A DNA stretch of 64,000 bases from positions 151,437 to 215,436 of the forward strand of contig JAPPHZ010000029.1 of NCBI GenBank assembly GCA_028820935.1, given 5' to 3'. This stretch comes from a bacterium. Its GTDB lineage: Bacteria > Actinomycetota > Acidimicrobiia > Spongiisociales > Spongiisociaceae. The notes beneath the pieces are model-generated. The model was not told where the DNA came from, searched no databases, and saw nothing but the letters and a program-made list of their open reading frames with translations. Below are positions 8,316 to 18,144 of the stretch, piece after piece; position 1 is the first letter of the stretch; every line of letters begins with the position of its first letter. The translations under genes were made by a program, and so were the position numbers.

Positions 8316-10685
8316 CTACGGCGCCCGCTTGCCCGCAGGGGGAGATGCGAGGTGGGCCACCAGGCCGGGGGTGAGAGGGAGGCGGTCGACTATCGGATGG
8401 CCGGGGAGGGCGTCGGCGACCGCATTGGCTATGGCCCCCGGCACGGCGATCATCCCCGATTCCCCCATCCCCTTCACGCCCAATACCGTGTTGGGCGAGG
8501 GAGACTCGATGTGGCCGATCCGGATGGTCGGCACCTCGGCACAAGTGGGGATCAGATAGTCCATGAGGCTGCTGGTCAGGATCTGCCCGTCGGCGCTGTA
8601 GGCCACTGTTTCGTGCAAGGTGTATCCCAGGGCCTGCGCCGCGGCGCCGTGAAGTTGGCCCTCCACGATCAATGGGTTGATCACCCGGCCGCAGTCCTCG
8701 ACCGCGACCAGGTCGACGACCGTTACGGCGCCGGTCTCCAGATCGAGTTCCACCGTGGCCACCACGCAGCCGTTCGAGTAGGTGGCGCCAGGGTCGTGGA
8801 AGCGTTGCGAGCTGAGCAGCGGCTCGGGTTCTACGACGCGCACCGCAGGGTCGAAATAGGCGGCCGCAGCCACGCGCTCCACGGCGATCCCGGCAGACGG
8901 GTCACCGGCCACGTGCACGATCCCATCACTGATGTCGAGATCGCGTGCGGACGCCTCCAGCAGATGGCCGGCGATCCGCAACAGCTTGGACCGCACGTCC
9001 TCAGATGCGAGCACCACCGCTCCGCCCGTTACGACGGCAGTGCGCGAGGCACGCGTGCCGGCGATGCTTGGTGGGGTGGCGTCGGTGTCGTCACTCCTTA
9101 CCTCGATGGTCTCCGGGGGGACACCCAGGGCGGCGGACGCCAGCTGGACCAGCGTCGTCTCGTGGCCCTGGCCCTGGGTGGGTGTCCCGACCGCCACGGT
9201 CACATGTCCGGTGGAGTCCATCGTGACGCGAGCGGCATCGTGGGAGGCGAAGACCCAGTGGGACTGGGCCGCGCCGGCGCTTCCCCATCCGTTAGGTTCG
9301 ACGTACGGGCTGATGCCGATCCCGCGCCGGCGCGGGTACATGTCGTTTTCCTGCTGCTGACGGAACGAGTGGTAGCAGGCCATCTCCAGGGCCTCGTGCA
9401 TGGATTCGAGAAACGATCCGCTGTCATAGACCATGCCCGTGACGTTGGTGTAGGGCGTCTCCTCCGATCGGATCATGTTCAGGCGCCGCAGCTCCGCCCG
9501 ATCCCGTCCTTCCTCGCGCGCTATGTGATCTATGAGGAGCTCGCGGGCGGTGTGGGAGGCGGTCCATCCCACCCCTCTGTACGGTGAGGCCGGCGCCTTG
9601 TTGGTGAGGACGGCCTGGATCTCGCACTCGAAGTGGTCGATCCTGTACAGGCTCGGGACGAGTAGCGCCGACAGGTACGGTTCGATGAGCGCGCTGGCGC
9701 TGTTGTGAGAGTAGGCGCCGGCGTCCCCGATGACCTTGGCGCGCATGGCCCGGAACCGGCCGGTCTCGTCGACGCTCATCTCCAGGGAGACGATCTGTTC
9801 CTTGGCCTGCGGGGCAGCGACCAGATTCTCCCGCCGGTCCTCGATCCACCTCACGGGGCGCTCGAGCGCCATCGACGCGAGAGCCACCGCAACCTCCTCC
9901 GGCGCCGCCGGGATCTTCTGGCCGAAGCCGCCTCCCACGTCGGGGACGATCACCCGCACTCTCGACTCGGGGAGGCCGGTGCTGACGGCCAGGCGACGGC
10001 GTAAGAGGTGATGCCCCTGGGTCGAGGACCACACGGTCAGCCGCCCCCGGTCGGCGTCGTAGGAGGCCAGGCAGCCGCGTGTCTCCACGGGAACCGCCGT
10101 TGCCCGTCCTCCATGGAACTCGGATCTGTACACCCGGTGGCCGGATGCGGGTTCCTTCGCCGGGTCCCCGAACCTCTTCACCTCGCTGAAGACGACGTTC
10201 GAGCCGAGTTCGGGGAAGAGGAGCGGAGCGCCGCTACGGGCTGCGGATCGCGCGTCGGTTACGGCAGGAAGCTCCTCGAAGTCGACGAAGACGAGGTCCG
10301 CGCCGTCCTCGGCGGCGTAGCGGTCGTCCGCAACGACGAGGGCGACCGGCTCACCGACGTAGCGGACCCGGTCCCCGGCTAGGGGTGGCTGCGGGGTCTT
10401 GGAGAGTCCTTCGATGGCGACGGCATCCACCAGCGGAGCGTGATCCGGGAGCGTGGCCGCCGTCAGCACGGCTCGAACGCCGTCCAGCCCGACCGCTCCC
10501 TGCGGATCGACCCCACGCCGGATGGCATGTGCGAACGGCGACCTCACGAAGGCTGCCTCGAGGGTCCCCGGGAGTCGAACATCGGCCAGGTACTCACCCG
10601 ATCCGGTGAGAAGACGAGGATCCTCTCTGCGGGTAAGCGGCGCGCCGATCAGGGAGGCCATCCGGTCCCGGTGGCCACCCATCAT
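8316..10685 (-). CDS. Molybdopterin-dependent oxidoreductase large subunit (xanthine dehydrogenase / CoxL / aldehyde oxidase family).
   Basis: 789 aa. N-terminus LTRREDPRLLTGSGEYLADV (a/b hammerhead). Length and internal motifs are typical of the Mo-binding subunit. Confidence 0.8.
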   Translation of the reverse strand: MMGGHRDRMASLIGAPLTRREDPRLLTGSGEYLADVRLPGTLEAAFVRSPFAHAIRRGVDPQGAVGLDGVRAVLTAATLPDHAPLVDAVAIEGLSKTPQPPLAGDRVRYVGEPVALVVADDRYAAEDGADLVFVDFEELPAVTDARSAARSGAPLLFPELGSNVVFSEVKRFGDPAKEPASGHRVYRSEFHGGRATAVPVETRGCLASYDADRGRLTVWSSTQGHHLLRRRLAVSTGLPESRVRVIVPDVGGGFGQKIPAAPEEVAVALASMALERPVRWIEDRRENLVAAPQAKEQIVSLEMSVDETGRFRAMRAKVIGDAGAYSHNSASALIEPYLSALLVPSLYRIDHFECEIQAVLTNKAPASPYRGVGWTASHTARELLIDHIAREEGRDRAELRRLNMIRSEETPYTNVTGMVYDSGSFLESMHEALEMACYHSFRQQQENDMYPRRRGIGISPYVEPNGWGSAGAAQSHWVFASHDAARVTMDSTGHVTVAVGTPTQGQGHETTLVQLASAALGVPPETIEVRSDDTDATPPSIAGTRASRTAVVTGGAVVLASEDVRSKLLRIAGHLLEASARDLDISDGIVHVAGDPSAGIAVERVAAAAYFDPAVRVVEPEPLLSSQRFHDPGATYSNGCVVATVELDLETGAVTVVDLVAVEDCGRVINPLIVEGQLHGAAAQALGYTLHETVAYSADGQILTSSLMDYLIPTCAEVPTIRIGHIESPSPNTVLGVKGMGESGMIAVPGAIANAVADALPGHPIVDRLPLTPGLVAHLASPPAGKRAP

Positions 10686-10860
10686 CGGCGTCCCGGGAAG
10701 CCGATCACTATGTGGTGCCGGCTGGGCCTGTGCGTCCGCTCCATCCGGAAGGTTGGTGACGGGCGTCGCGGCCGCGCTGGACGCGGCAAGTTAGGTTGCA
10801 GGCAGACCATCGCATAAACCCGCGCGGTGGGTAGTCGACCCCGATGGTACAGGGAGACAC

Positions 10861-10938
10861 ATGTCCCGGACCCTCATAGCGGGAAGCACCGTGCTGGCGA
10901 ACGGAGACCTGGGGACCATTACGGGCGGCGTCTACCTC
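10861..10938 (+). pseudogene. Relic of a TRZ/ATZ-type amidohydrolase N-terminus (about 26 codons).
   Basis: MSRTLIAGSTVLANGDLGTITGGVYL matches the N-termini of the intact paralogs (MSRYLIVGNPVVTLADEAFITDGALIV, MSDRIIIENAAIVTMNEE). The frame then degenerates. A GGGAG RBS sits upstream. Confidence 0.45.
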
Positions 10939-11078
10939 AGGTTTCGTTACCGATTAGCGGGCCAACTGGATATTCTTCAGCACACTCCTAGGTACACTGC
11001 GCGACCGACCGTTCATGTGACCCGCCGGCGCTGTCACACCCCGGCTTGTCACAGGCCGCGTCAGAGTGACGAGAGGGG

Positions 11079-12086
11079 ATGACCATGGAGCCGATCCGGT
11101 GCGCCCTGGTCGGGCACGGCATGATCGGCAGGGAACACGCTCGGATCATCGCCGCGCATCCGGCGGCGGAGTTGGTCGCCGTCTGCGATACCGACCCCGA
11201 TGCCGGCGCCACTGTCCCGGAGGGAACCCTCTTCACGACCGATCTGGATACTGCCCTGGGTGTCGAGGGCCTCGAAGCGCTGTGGGTATGCACGCCCCAG
11301 CACCTGCACCTGCCTGTCGTCGAGGCCGGTTTGACGCGCGGCCTGCATGTCTTCTGCGAGAAACCGTTCGCGTCCTCGCTGGATGACGCTGATCGCATGA
11401 TGGAGCTCGATGCATCGACCACCGGCGATCTGGTGATCGGCCATACATTGCGTTTCGACCCGAACTACGTCGCCATACACCAGGCCGTGACGGAAGGGCG
11501 GCTGGGTGACATAGTCCATATCTCGGCGCGCTGGAACGCGCCCGACTACGAGGGCAGGATCATCTCGGGCCGTACCACCATTCCCCAGGAAATGGCCATC
11601 CACGATCTCGATGTGATGCGCTGGATGGTCGGGGACATCGAACACGTCTACGCAGAGGCTGCCGCACACGCGGTGGTGGGACCGGGGCCGGATGCGGCGG
11701 TCGGCACCGTGCGGTTCCGGTCCGGCGCGGTCGGTGCCCTGGATCACAACTGGATTCTTCCCTTCGAATCCGGGCTGCGCTCTGACCACCGGTTGGCCGT
11801 CTTCGGAACCCGCGGGAGCGCGTATATCGAGACCCGCGACTCACCGGCGGTCGTCTTCAGCCTGGACGGTCTACAGCATGTTCATTCGGGCTACTACTCC
11901 TACCCGAACGACGTACCGTTCGGCGCCCTTCCCTCGGAGGACGCTTTCTTCCTCGGCCGGGTGCGCGACGGTCGGGACTGGCCCCTCACGCTGCACGACG
12001 CCCGGGCCGCTCTCGTGGCGGCCCTGGCGATGGACCGGTCGATAGCAGAGGGGCGCGTAGTCTCGATTGCCGAGGTCGGTGGCTGA
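11079..12086 (+). CDS. Gfo/Idh/MocA-family NAD(P)-dependent oxidoreductase.
   Basis: N-terminal Rossmann IRCALVGHGMIGREH and the EKP motif (VFCEKPFA). Paralog of 27659..28651. Confidence 0.85.
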   Translation: MTMEPIRCALVGHGMIGREHARIIAAHPAAELVAVCDTDPDAGATVPEGTLFTTDLDTALGVEGLEALWVCTPQHLHLPVVEAGLTRGLHVFCEKPFASSLDDADRMMELDASTTGDLVIGHTLRFDPNYVAIHQAVTEGRLGDIVHISARWNAPDYEGRIISGRTTIPQEMAIHDLDVMRWMVGDIEHVYAEAAAHAVVGPGPDAAVGTVRFRSGAVGALDHNWILPFESGLRSDHRLAVFGTRGSAYIETRDSPAVVFSLDGLQHVHSGYYSYPNDVPFGALPSEDAFFLGRVRDGRDWPLTLHDARAALVAALAMDRSIAEGRVVSIAEVGG

Positions 12087-12240
12087 CAACCGACGGGGTG
12101 ACGGCATCGCGTAGCCGGTAGCAGGCCTTCTCGGAGGGTGCGCGGATAGGTCCTCACCAGGGATACCTCCGGATCAAGCCAGCTGGCGGGAACGCCTCAC
12201 GGTATGGGGTTCCTTTGCCCGGAACCGGTACCATCCGGTC

Positions 12241-13152
12241 ATGCCCGACGAACTCGCCGGGGTCTTTCCCGTTTTCCAGACCCCCTTCCTGGACGACGAC
12301 ACGATCGATTGGGATTGCCTCGGAAACGAGATCCGCTGGATGCACGATCACGGCGTGGACGGCATCGTCATGGCCATGGTGTCCGAAACACTGAGGCTGT
12401 CCGGGAAGGAACGGCGGGACCTCGCGGAGGCGGCGGGCGAGATCGGCCTGGCGTACGGGCCGGTCATCGTCAGCGTCGGAGCGGAGAGCACGAATGTGGC
12501 TGTCGACTACGCGCTCCATGCCGAGCGTTCCGGGGCTTCCGCCCTCATGGCCATCCCACCAACGACCGTTCCAAGCCTCGACGACGAACTCGCCGTCTAC
12601 TACGGCGCGCTGCTGGATGCCACCGCCGCGCCGGTCGTGATCCAGGATGCCAGTGGTTACGTGGGCGCGCCGATGTCGATCGGCCTGCAGGCCCAACTTC
12701 TCCATGAATACCCGGGACGGGTCCTGTTCAAGCCGGAGGCAGAACCGATCGGCCCGCGGCTGACCGAACTGCAGGAGGCCACCGGGGGAGCGGCCCGCGT
12801 GTTCGAGGGTTCCGGAGGGATCGCACTGGTGGATAGCTACCGCCGGGGCGTCGTCAGGACCATGCCGGGAGCCGAGGTCTGCTGGGCTCTGGTCGCCCTG
12901 TGGGATGCGCTCGCGCGTGACGATCGGCCGCGGATCGACGCGATCAACGGACCGCTCACGGCCCTGATCTCCTTGCAGACCGGGCTGGACGGCTTCATCG
13001 CCGTCGAGAAGCACCTGCTGGTCCGGCAAGGTGTTTTCAGGAGCGCCCGGGTCCGCCGGCCGGTGGGCTACCGGCTCGACCCGGAAACCCGGCTCGAGGT
13101 GGACCGTCGCTTCGACCTGCTTCGTGAAGCGGTCGGCGGCCCGCTCTTGTAA
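12241..13152 (+). CDS. Dihydrodipicolinate synthase / N-acetylneuraminate lyase family aldolase (DapA-like).
   Basis: VFPVFQTPFLDDDTIDWD...GVDGIVMAMVSETLRLS and a class I aldolase lysine region. Confidence 0.8.
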   Translation: MPDELAGVFPVFQTPFLDDDTIDWDCLGNEIRWMHDHGVDGIVMAMVSETLRLSGKERRDLAEAAGEIGLAYGPVIVSVGAESTNVAVDYALHAERSGASALMAIPPTTVPSLDDELAVYYGALLDATAAPVVIQDASGYVGAPMSIGLQAQLLHEYPGRVLFKPEAEPIGPRLTELQEATGGAARVFEGSGGIALVDSYRRGVVRTMPGAEVCWALVALWDALARDDRPRIDAINGPLTALISLQTGLDGFIAVEKHLLVRQGVFRSARVRRPVGYRLDPETRLEVDRRFDLLREAVGGPLL

Positions 13153-13246
13153 CGACGCTCCCATGGGTTCACGCCGGTACCAACCGACGGAGCAGACGCT
13201 GGTCACGGACGCGGTTCACGATCGCGATCGAAGCCGGGAGAACCAA

Positions 13247-14359
13247 ATGCAGATAATTGACCTGGTGGTGGATATCGTCGAGTGGGACGTGGCGACCATC
13301 CCGGTAGTCGACGAACGTGGTTACATCGGCGGCCGGCTCCGCTACGGGGTAGTTCGCGTACGGACCGACCCGGACCTCGGTGCCACCGGGCTGATCGGCC
13401 CGCTCGACGGTGAACTTGCACCGTGCCTGGCGCAACTAACCGACGTGATCAAGCCCCGGCTGGTGGGTCGCCGACTCACCGAACCGGACCAGATCTGGAC
13501 CCGATTGGACCGATGGGCAGGGCACGGGTTCCCCCTCCAACCTGCGATGGCGGCCGTCGACATCGCTCTCTGGGATGCTGTCGCCAGAGCGAGGGGCCTA
13601 CCTCTCTTCGCACTGCTGGGAGGGCACAGCCGGGAGATTCCCGCGGTGGCCACCTCTCCTCCAGTGCACGCGCGGCCGGAGTTGGTGGTCGAGCAGGTCC
13701 TCGAGGCTGTCGAGAGGGGTTTCCGGGCCTACAAGATCCATCCCGGCGCGGTGCCCGAGTCCGACGCCATCCGGCTGGCCGGCATGGCGCGTGAAGCGGT
13801 CGGGTCGACCGTCGCCTTGGTGTTCGACCCCAACAATTCCTACGACCTGACCAAGGCTCTGGCCGTCGGCATGGCGCTCGACGAGGCCGGATTCGCGTGG
13901 TACGAGGACCCGGTTGCGCCGGACGACTGGACCGGCATCCTACGGCTGGCCGATGCGCTCCGGACGCCCCTCGCGATGAGCGATGCGATCGGGTTCCTCG
14001 CTCACCAAGCCCGCCTGGCCTTACGGTTGGGAGCGCCCCAGATCGTCCGGGTGAGTGCCCGCAAACTGGGCGTCACCGGGTTGAAGGAGCTCTGTGACGA
14101 ACTCTCGGCGGCCGGGATGCCGTTCGAGATCGGGTTCGGGGGCAACCCGCTGGCCAACGCGGCCAACCTGCACGTCGCTTCCAGCGTTGCGGGGCGCACC
14201 TACTATGAACACATGCTCCCGGCCGGGTACCACGAGACAGGCGTGTTATCGCCGGTCCAGGTGAACAACGGCGCCGCCCTAGCCTCGCCGCGGCCCGGGC
14301 TTGGTGTCGAGCTGGATCCGGACCTGGTCGCCCGGCACACGATCACGAGGCTCGGCTGA
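13247..14359 (+). CDS. Enolase-superfamily enzyme (mandelate racemase / muconate lactonizing family).
   Basis: MQIIDLVV... start with a GGGAG RBS 6 nt upstream. MR/MLE N- and C-domain pattern (AAVDIALWDAVARARGLPLFALLGG). The upstream 72 codons of the long ORF overlap the DapA-like gene and were trimmed. Confidence 0.8.
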   Translation: MQIIDLVVDIVEWDVATIPVVDERGYIGGRLRYGVVRVRTDPDLGATGLIGPLDGELAPCLAQLTDVIKPRLVGRRLTEPDQIWTRLDRWAGHGFPLQPAMAAVDIALWDAVARARGLPLFALLGGHSREIPAVATSPPVHARPELVVEQVLEAVERGFRAYKIHPGAVPESDAIRLAGMAREAVGSTVALVFDPNNSYDLTKALAVGMALDEAGFAWYEDPVAPDDWTGILRLADALRTPLAMSDAIGFLAHQARLALRLGAPQIVRVSARKLGVTGLKELCDELSAAGMPFEIGFGGNPLANAANLHVASSVAGRTYYEHMLPAGYHETGVLSPVQVNNGAALASPRPGLGVELDPDLVARHTITRLG

Positions 14360-14386
14360 GAGGCTGGTCGAGAAGGAGGGCACGGA

Positions 14387-15256
14387 ATGAGAGCCGGCGT
14401 GCTGGTCCCGCAGGGGTGGTTGGGCGAGTACTCGGGGTGGGCGACGCCGAGAGCCTTCCGGCGAGCCATCGAGGTGGCAACCCGGGCCGAGGAACTGGGA
14501 TTCGAATCGGTCTGGGTCAACGATCATCTCACGCCCGAGGAACCCCTCCGCCAAGCTTCGCTCCTCGAGTCCTTCGTACTGCTCGCCGGTGTGGCATCCG
14601 CCACGAGGACCATCCGGATGGGCCACCTGGTCCTCTGCGCCGGGTATCGCAATCCGGGCATGATGCTGAAGATGATCACCACCCTGGACGCCGCCAGCGG
14701 GGGCCGGGTGGACCTCGGGCTTGGCGCCGGTTGGAAACGCGAAGATTGGGTCGACTACGGCTACGGGGATCCGGGCGTCCGGGCCCGTCTGCGGATTCTC
14801 GAAAGTCATCTGGAGATGGCGGTGGCGCTCCGCGGGCCTCCGCCCGGCGAGGAGCCCGCTCGCGGCCTTGTTCGGTCCAATCCGGCTCCGGCGCAGGAGG
14901 CAATACCGATCATCGTGGGGGGCAACGGAACCGAGGTCACATGGAGGCTGGCGGCCAGGTACGCCGACGAGCTGAACGTCGACGGGCTGCTGCCTCATGA
15001 GCTGGAGCCCCTGCTCCCGGTGGTCCGATCGAGATGCGAGGAGGTCGGGCGTGACCCCGACTCGCTGCGAGTTTCGGCTCATTACTGGTACGGGAACGCC
15101 GCACCACCCGGGCCGGAGCGTGTCGAGCACCTGGCCGCCTACCGGGCTCTGGGTGTCCACCGCGTGATGACCCTTCCCCTGGGCGCGGCGCTCGCCGACG
15201 AGCCCTTGGAGGCGTACGCCGACGACGCACGGTCGGCGGGCGTCGAGTTGGGCTGA
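14387..15256 (+). CDS. LLM-class flavin/F420-dependent oxidoreductase (luciferase-like monooxygenase).
   Basis: LGFESVWVNDHL and a TIM-barrel LLM pattern. 289 aa. Confidence 0.8.
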   Translation: MRAGVLVPQGWLGEYSGWATPRAFRRAIEVATRAEELGFESVWVNDHLTPEEPLRQASLLESFVLLAGVASATRTIRMGHLVLCAGYRNPGMMLKMITTLDAASGGRVDLGLGAGWKREDWVDYGYGDPGVRARLRILESHLEMAVALRGPPPGEEPARGLVRSNPAPAQEAIPIIVGGNGTEVTWRLAARYADELNVDGLLPHELEPLLPVVRSRCEEVGRDPDSLRVSAHYWYGNAAPPGPERVEHLAAYRALGVHRVMTLPLGAALADEPLEAYADDARSAGVELG

Positions 15257-15278
15257 GCACGTCGGCACCGCCGTCGGG

Positions 15279-16184
15279 CTATGCGGGAACGATCCCCAGT
15301 GATCGCGGCATCTCGAGCCGCAGGGTCATTTCCATGGCCCCGAAGGCTTGGCCGATCCGGAGGTTCCCTGCCACCGAGATCAGGGCGATGGCGTCCCCCG
15401 GCTCCAATCCCAGTTGCGTCTCCAGTACTTGCAGCATCTCTTCGACCGCTTCTTCGCGGGCACGCTCGAACTCGAGATGCGCGGTCATGACCATCACGGC
15501 GTCCTCGGTCACAGCCCAGGGCCATCGGAGCAGGGCTCCCTTCCAGAGGTCAACCTTCACGGTCACCTCAGCCGGGATCTCCACACCGACGCCGGACAAC
15601 TCCCCGTCGCCCTGAGTGGCGTGGACGTCGCCCAGATAGAGCAGGGCGCTCTTCGAGAAGACCGGAAGCATGACGGTGGTTCCCTCGGCGATCACCGGGT
15701 GGTCGAGATTGCCGCCGTGCCGTCCTGGAATCCCGGCCTGGGGAGCGTCGCCCGGGACGGCGGTGCCGATGCAGCCAACCATCGGTTCCACCGGTAGGAG
15801 CACGCCGTCCGAATACCGGATGGCACCTTCCTCGATCGCGCATACCCGGCCCACCGGACGCGGAACGCGACCCTCGGGGAACGGTCCGACATGGGCGTGG
15901 CCGCCGCACCAACCGGGGGAGAGGCACTCGATGCGATCGATACGGACCACGAGGGCGTCGCCCGGCTCGGCTCCGCGCACCGCGAGCGGCCCGGTCAGGG
16001 GGTTGCCGCGGCCGGGAGTCGGCCGGGGTAACTCGAAGGGGATGCCCGGCGGGCGGTCGAGCAAGGCGCCCGCCCTGGCGTCCCAGGTCTCGAAGATCAC
16101 TGTCTCGCCGGGCGGGACATCGAGCCGCGGGGGATCGGCGACCTCGTAGTAGTAGGAGACGATGTCGCGGGTGATGCGCCGCAT
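15279..16184 (-). CDS. Acetamidase/formamidase-family protein (FmdA/AmdA).
   Basis: NPLTGPLAVRGAEPGDALVV...HGGNLD...LYLGDVHATQGDGE, characteristic of the FmdA_AmdA family. Confidence 0.8.
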   Translation of the reverse strand: MRRITRDIVSYYYEVADPPRLDVPPGETVIFETWDARAGALLDRPPGIPFELPRPTPGRGNPLTGPLAVRGAEPGDALVVRIDRIECLSPGWCGGHAHVGPFPEGRVPRPVGRVCAIEEGAIRYSDGVLLPVEPMVGCIGTAVPGDAPQAGIPGRHGGNLDHPVIAEGTTVMLPVFSKSALLYLGDVHATQGDGELSGVGVEIPAEVTVKVDLWKGALLRWPWAVTEDAVMVMTAHLEFERAREEAVEEMLQVLETQLGLEPGDAIALISVAGNLRIGQAFGAMEMTLRLEMPRSLGIVPA

Positions 16185-16192
16185 GGAGCCTG

Positions 16193-17335
16193 CTACGTGG
16201 TCGGGGCTTCGACGGGATCCCGGTCGCTGAGGGGGAACGCCGCGTCTACTCCCCAGGTCACCGCTACTTCCAGGCCGGGCGTGATAAGGGTCGCCTCCTC
16301 GTTGCTCACCCTCTGGCTGACAACCCGCCCGAGCATTCCCGTGTCGACGAGGTACTGGGTGAACGGTCCCATGTAGATGACGTCCTGAACCCGGCCGAGG
16401 AGTCTGTTGCCGAGTTGACTGGAGTCGGCTTCCTCGGCACGAGGGGTTACGAGTATCCGCTCCGGTCGGACCGCTATCCGGAGGGTGTCTCCCGCCCTGC
16501 AGGAGTGACCGGCCATCACGACGATCCGGTCGCCGTCGCCGTTCTCCGCCACCGCCAGGTCACCATCCGTGCGGGTCACGGTGACGGCGAAGTCGTTGAG
16601 CGTACCCACGAAGTCCGCCACGAACTCGTTCCTGGGTTGTTCGTAGATGGAGCGCGGCGCCCCGATCTGCAAGAGGCGTCCGTGGTCCATGATCCCTACC
16701 CGATCCGACATCAGCAGCGCCTCCTCCTGATCGTGGGTCACGTAGACGAACGTGGTCCCGAGCGAGTGCTGGATCGACTTCAGTTCGAGCTGCATTCGCT
16801 TGCGGAGCTTGACGTCCAGAGCGCTGAGCGGTTCGTCGAGAAGCAGCACTGCCGGCCGGTTGATGAGGGCCCGGGCGAGGGCTACGCGCTGCTGCTGGCC
16901 TCCCGACAACTGGTCCGCCGCCCTGGCGCCGAGACCCCCGACCCCGACCACCTCGAGCATCTCGTTCACCCGCTGCTCGATCTCGTTCCTGGGTACCTTC
17001 TTCAGCTTGAGGCCGTATGCCACGTTGTTGAACACCGTCATGTGCGGGAACAACTCGTAGTTCTGGAAGACCATGTTGGTGGCCCGCTTGTTGGGTTGCA
17101 CCAGCGTCACGTCCTCGCCCCGGAGGTATACAGACCCGTCGTCGGGCGTCTCGAAGCCGGCCAGCATCCTCAACAGCGTGGTCTTCCCACAGCCACTGGG
17201 CCCTAGGAGGGAGAAGAACTCGCCCTCCTCCACAGCCAGCGTCACGTTGTCGACTGCCACGACGCTGCCGAAGCGCTTGGTGACACCTTCCAAGAGGATG
17301 GCGGGCTGGAAGTGTTGTCCGGAACCGTCGGTCAT
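16193..17335 (-). CDS. Spermidine/putrescine-type ABC transporter ATP-binding protein (PotA-like).
   Basis: Walker A GPSGCGKTT, LSGGQQQRVALARAL, and a C-terminal TOBE-like domain. Confidence 0.85.
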   Translation of the reverse strand: MTDGSGQHFQPAILLEGVTKRFGSVVAVDNVTLAVEEGEFFSLLGPSGCGKTTLLRMLAGFETPDDGSVYLRGEDVTLVQPNKRATNMVFQNYELFPHMTVFNNVAYGLKLKKVPRNEIEQRVNEMLEVVGVGGLGARAADQLSGGQQQRVALARALINRPAVLLLDEPLSALDVKLRKRMQLELKSIQHSLGTTFVYVTHDQEEALLMSDRVGIMDHGRLLQIGAPRSIYEQPRNEFVADFVGTLNDFAVTVTRTDGDLAVAENGDGDRIVVMAGHSCRAGDTLRIAVRPERILVTPRAEEADSSQLGNRLLGRVQDVIYMGPFTQYLVDTGMLGRVVSQRVSNEEATLITPGLEVAVTWGVDAAFPLSDRDPVEAPTT

Positions 17336-18144
17336 CGTTCGCCAATCGTGGTTCTGCTGGCGGCCATGAAGGCCAGACTCGTCGTAAGTATCAGCATCAC
17401 TGTACCGATAGCGTTCAGCGTCGGGTCGATGCCTTTCAGCACCCTTCCGTACATCACGAGCGGCAACGTCTTGTCCTGCCCGGCTGTGAAGAAGGCGATC
17501 ACGAAGTCATCCACCGAGATCGCCGCCGCCAGGAGCATGGCGCCTATGACGGCCGGCAGGATCAGGGGGAGCGTGACGGTACGGAACGCGTACCAGCGTG
17601 TGGCCCCGAGGTCCTGGGCCGCTTCCAGAAGGCCGAACCGGAAGCGTTCGAGAGAGGCGCCGATGATCAGGAATACGAACGGCAGCGCGATGAGAGCATG
17701 GCCGAGGTTGGCGCTCCAGATGGAACGCCCCACGCCGATTTGCCTGTAGAAGACCGCCAGCCCGATCGCGTAGAGCAGTCCCGGGATGGCGAGCGGGCCC
17801 AGGGCCGTGGTGAGGAAAACGGTCCTCCAGCGGGCCGCCACCTTCAGTATTCCCAGGGCGGCGAGGAGTCCGAGCACTCCGGTGATGCCGGCGGTCACCA
17901 CCGCCGCCTGGACGCTGCGTCGGAAAGCCCTCAATACCAGGGTGTCGGTGAAGATCTCCTGGTACCAGCGGATCGAGATTCCGGCGAATGGGAAGCTCAG
18001 GCGGGGAGATGAGTTGAAGGAGAACGCGACCATGACCACCAGCGGCGAGAACAGGAAGACGAACACCAGCACCATGAAGGCGGCCGATCCCAGAGGACGC
18101 CGCCGCAAGCGCACCAACGTCCGGCGCCAATCCGGCGCGGTCAT
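17332..18144 (-). CDS. ABC transporter permease (PotC-like).
   Basis: Hydrophobic multi-TM protein. Start trimmed to MTAPDWRR... (ATGA overlap with the upstream permease stop). Confidence 0.75.
   Translation of the reverse strand: MTAPDWRRTLVRLRRRPLGSAAFMVLVFVFLFSPLVVMVAFSFNSSPRLSFPFAGISIRWYQEIFTDTLVLRAFRRSVQAAVVTAGITGVLGLLAALGILKVAARWRTVFLTTALGPLAIPGLLYAIGLAVFYRQIGVGRSIWSANLGHALIALPFVFLIIGASLERFRFGLLEAAQDLGATRWYAFRTVTLPLILPAVIGAMLLAAAISVDDFVIAFFTAGQDKTLPLVMYGRVLKGIDPTLNAIGTVMLILTTSLAFMAASRTTIGER

Noticed and set aside
8058-9587. 509-aa plus-strand ORF opposite the Mo-hydroxylase gene.
   Set aside because: Antisense artefact. It has no motifs and the opposite strand carries a clear 789-aa family member.
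12132-12152. Weak fourth trace of the inverted-arm element (CGGAGGGTGCGCGGATAGG) upstream of the DapA-like gene.
   Set aside because: Only about 20 nt match, and only after assuming a 10-nt deletion. Too short to call a copy. Mentioned only under the third-copy finding.
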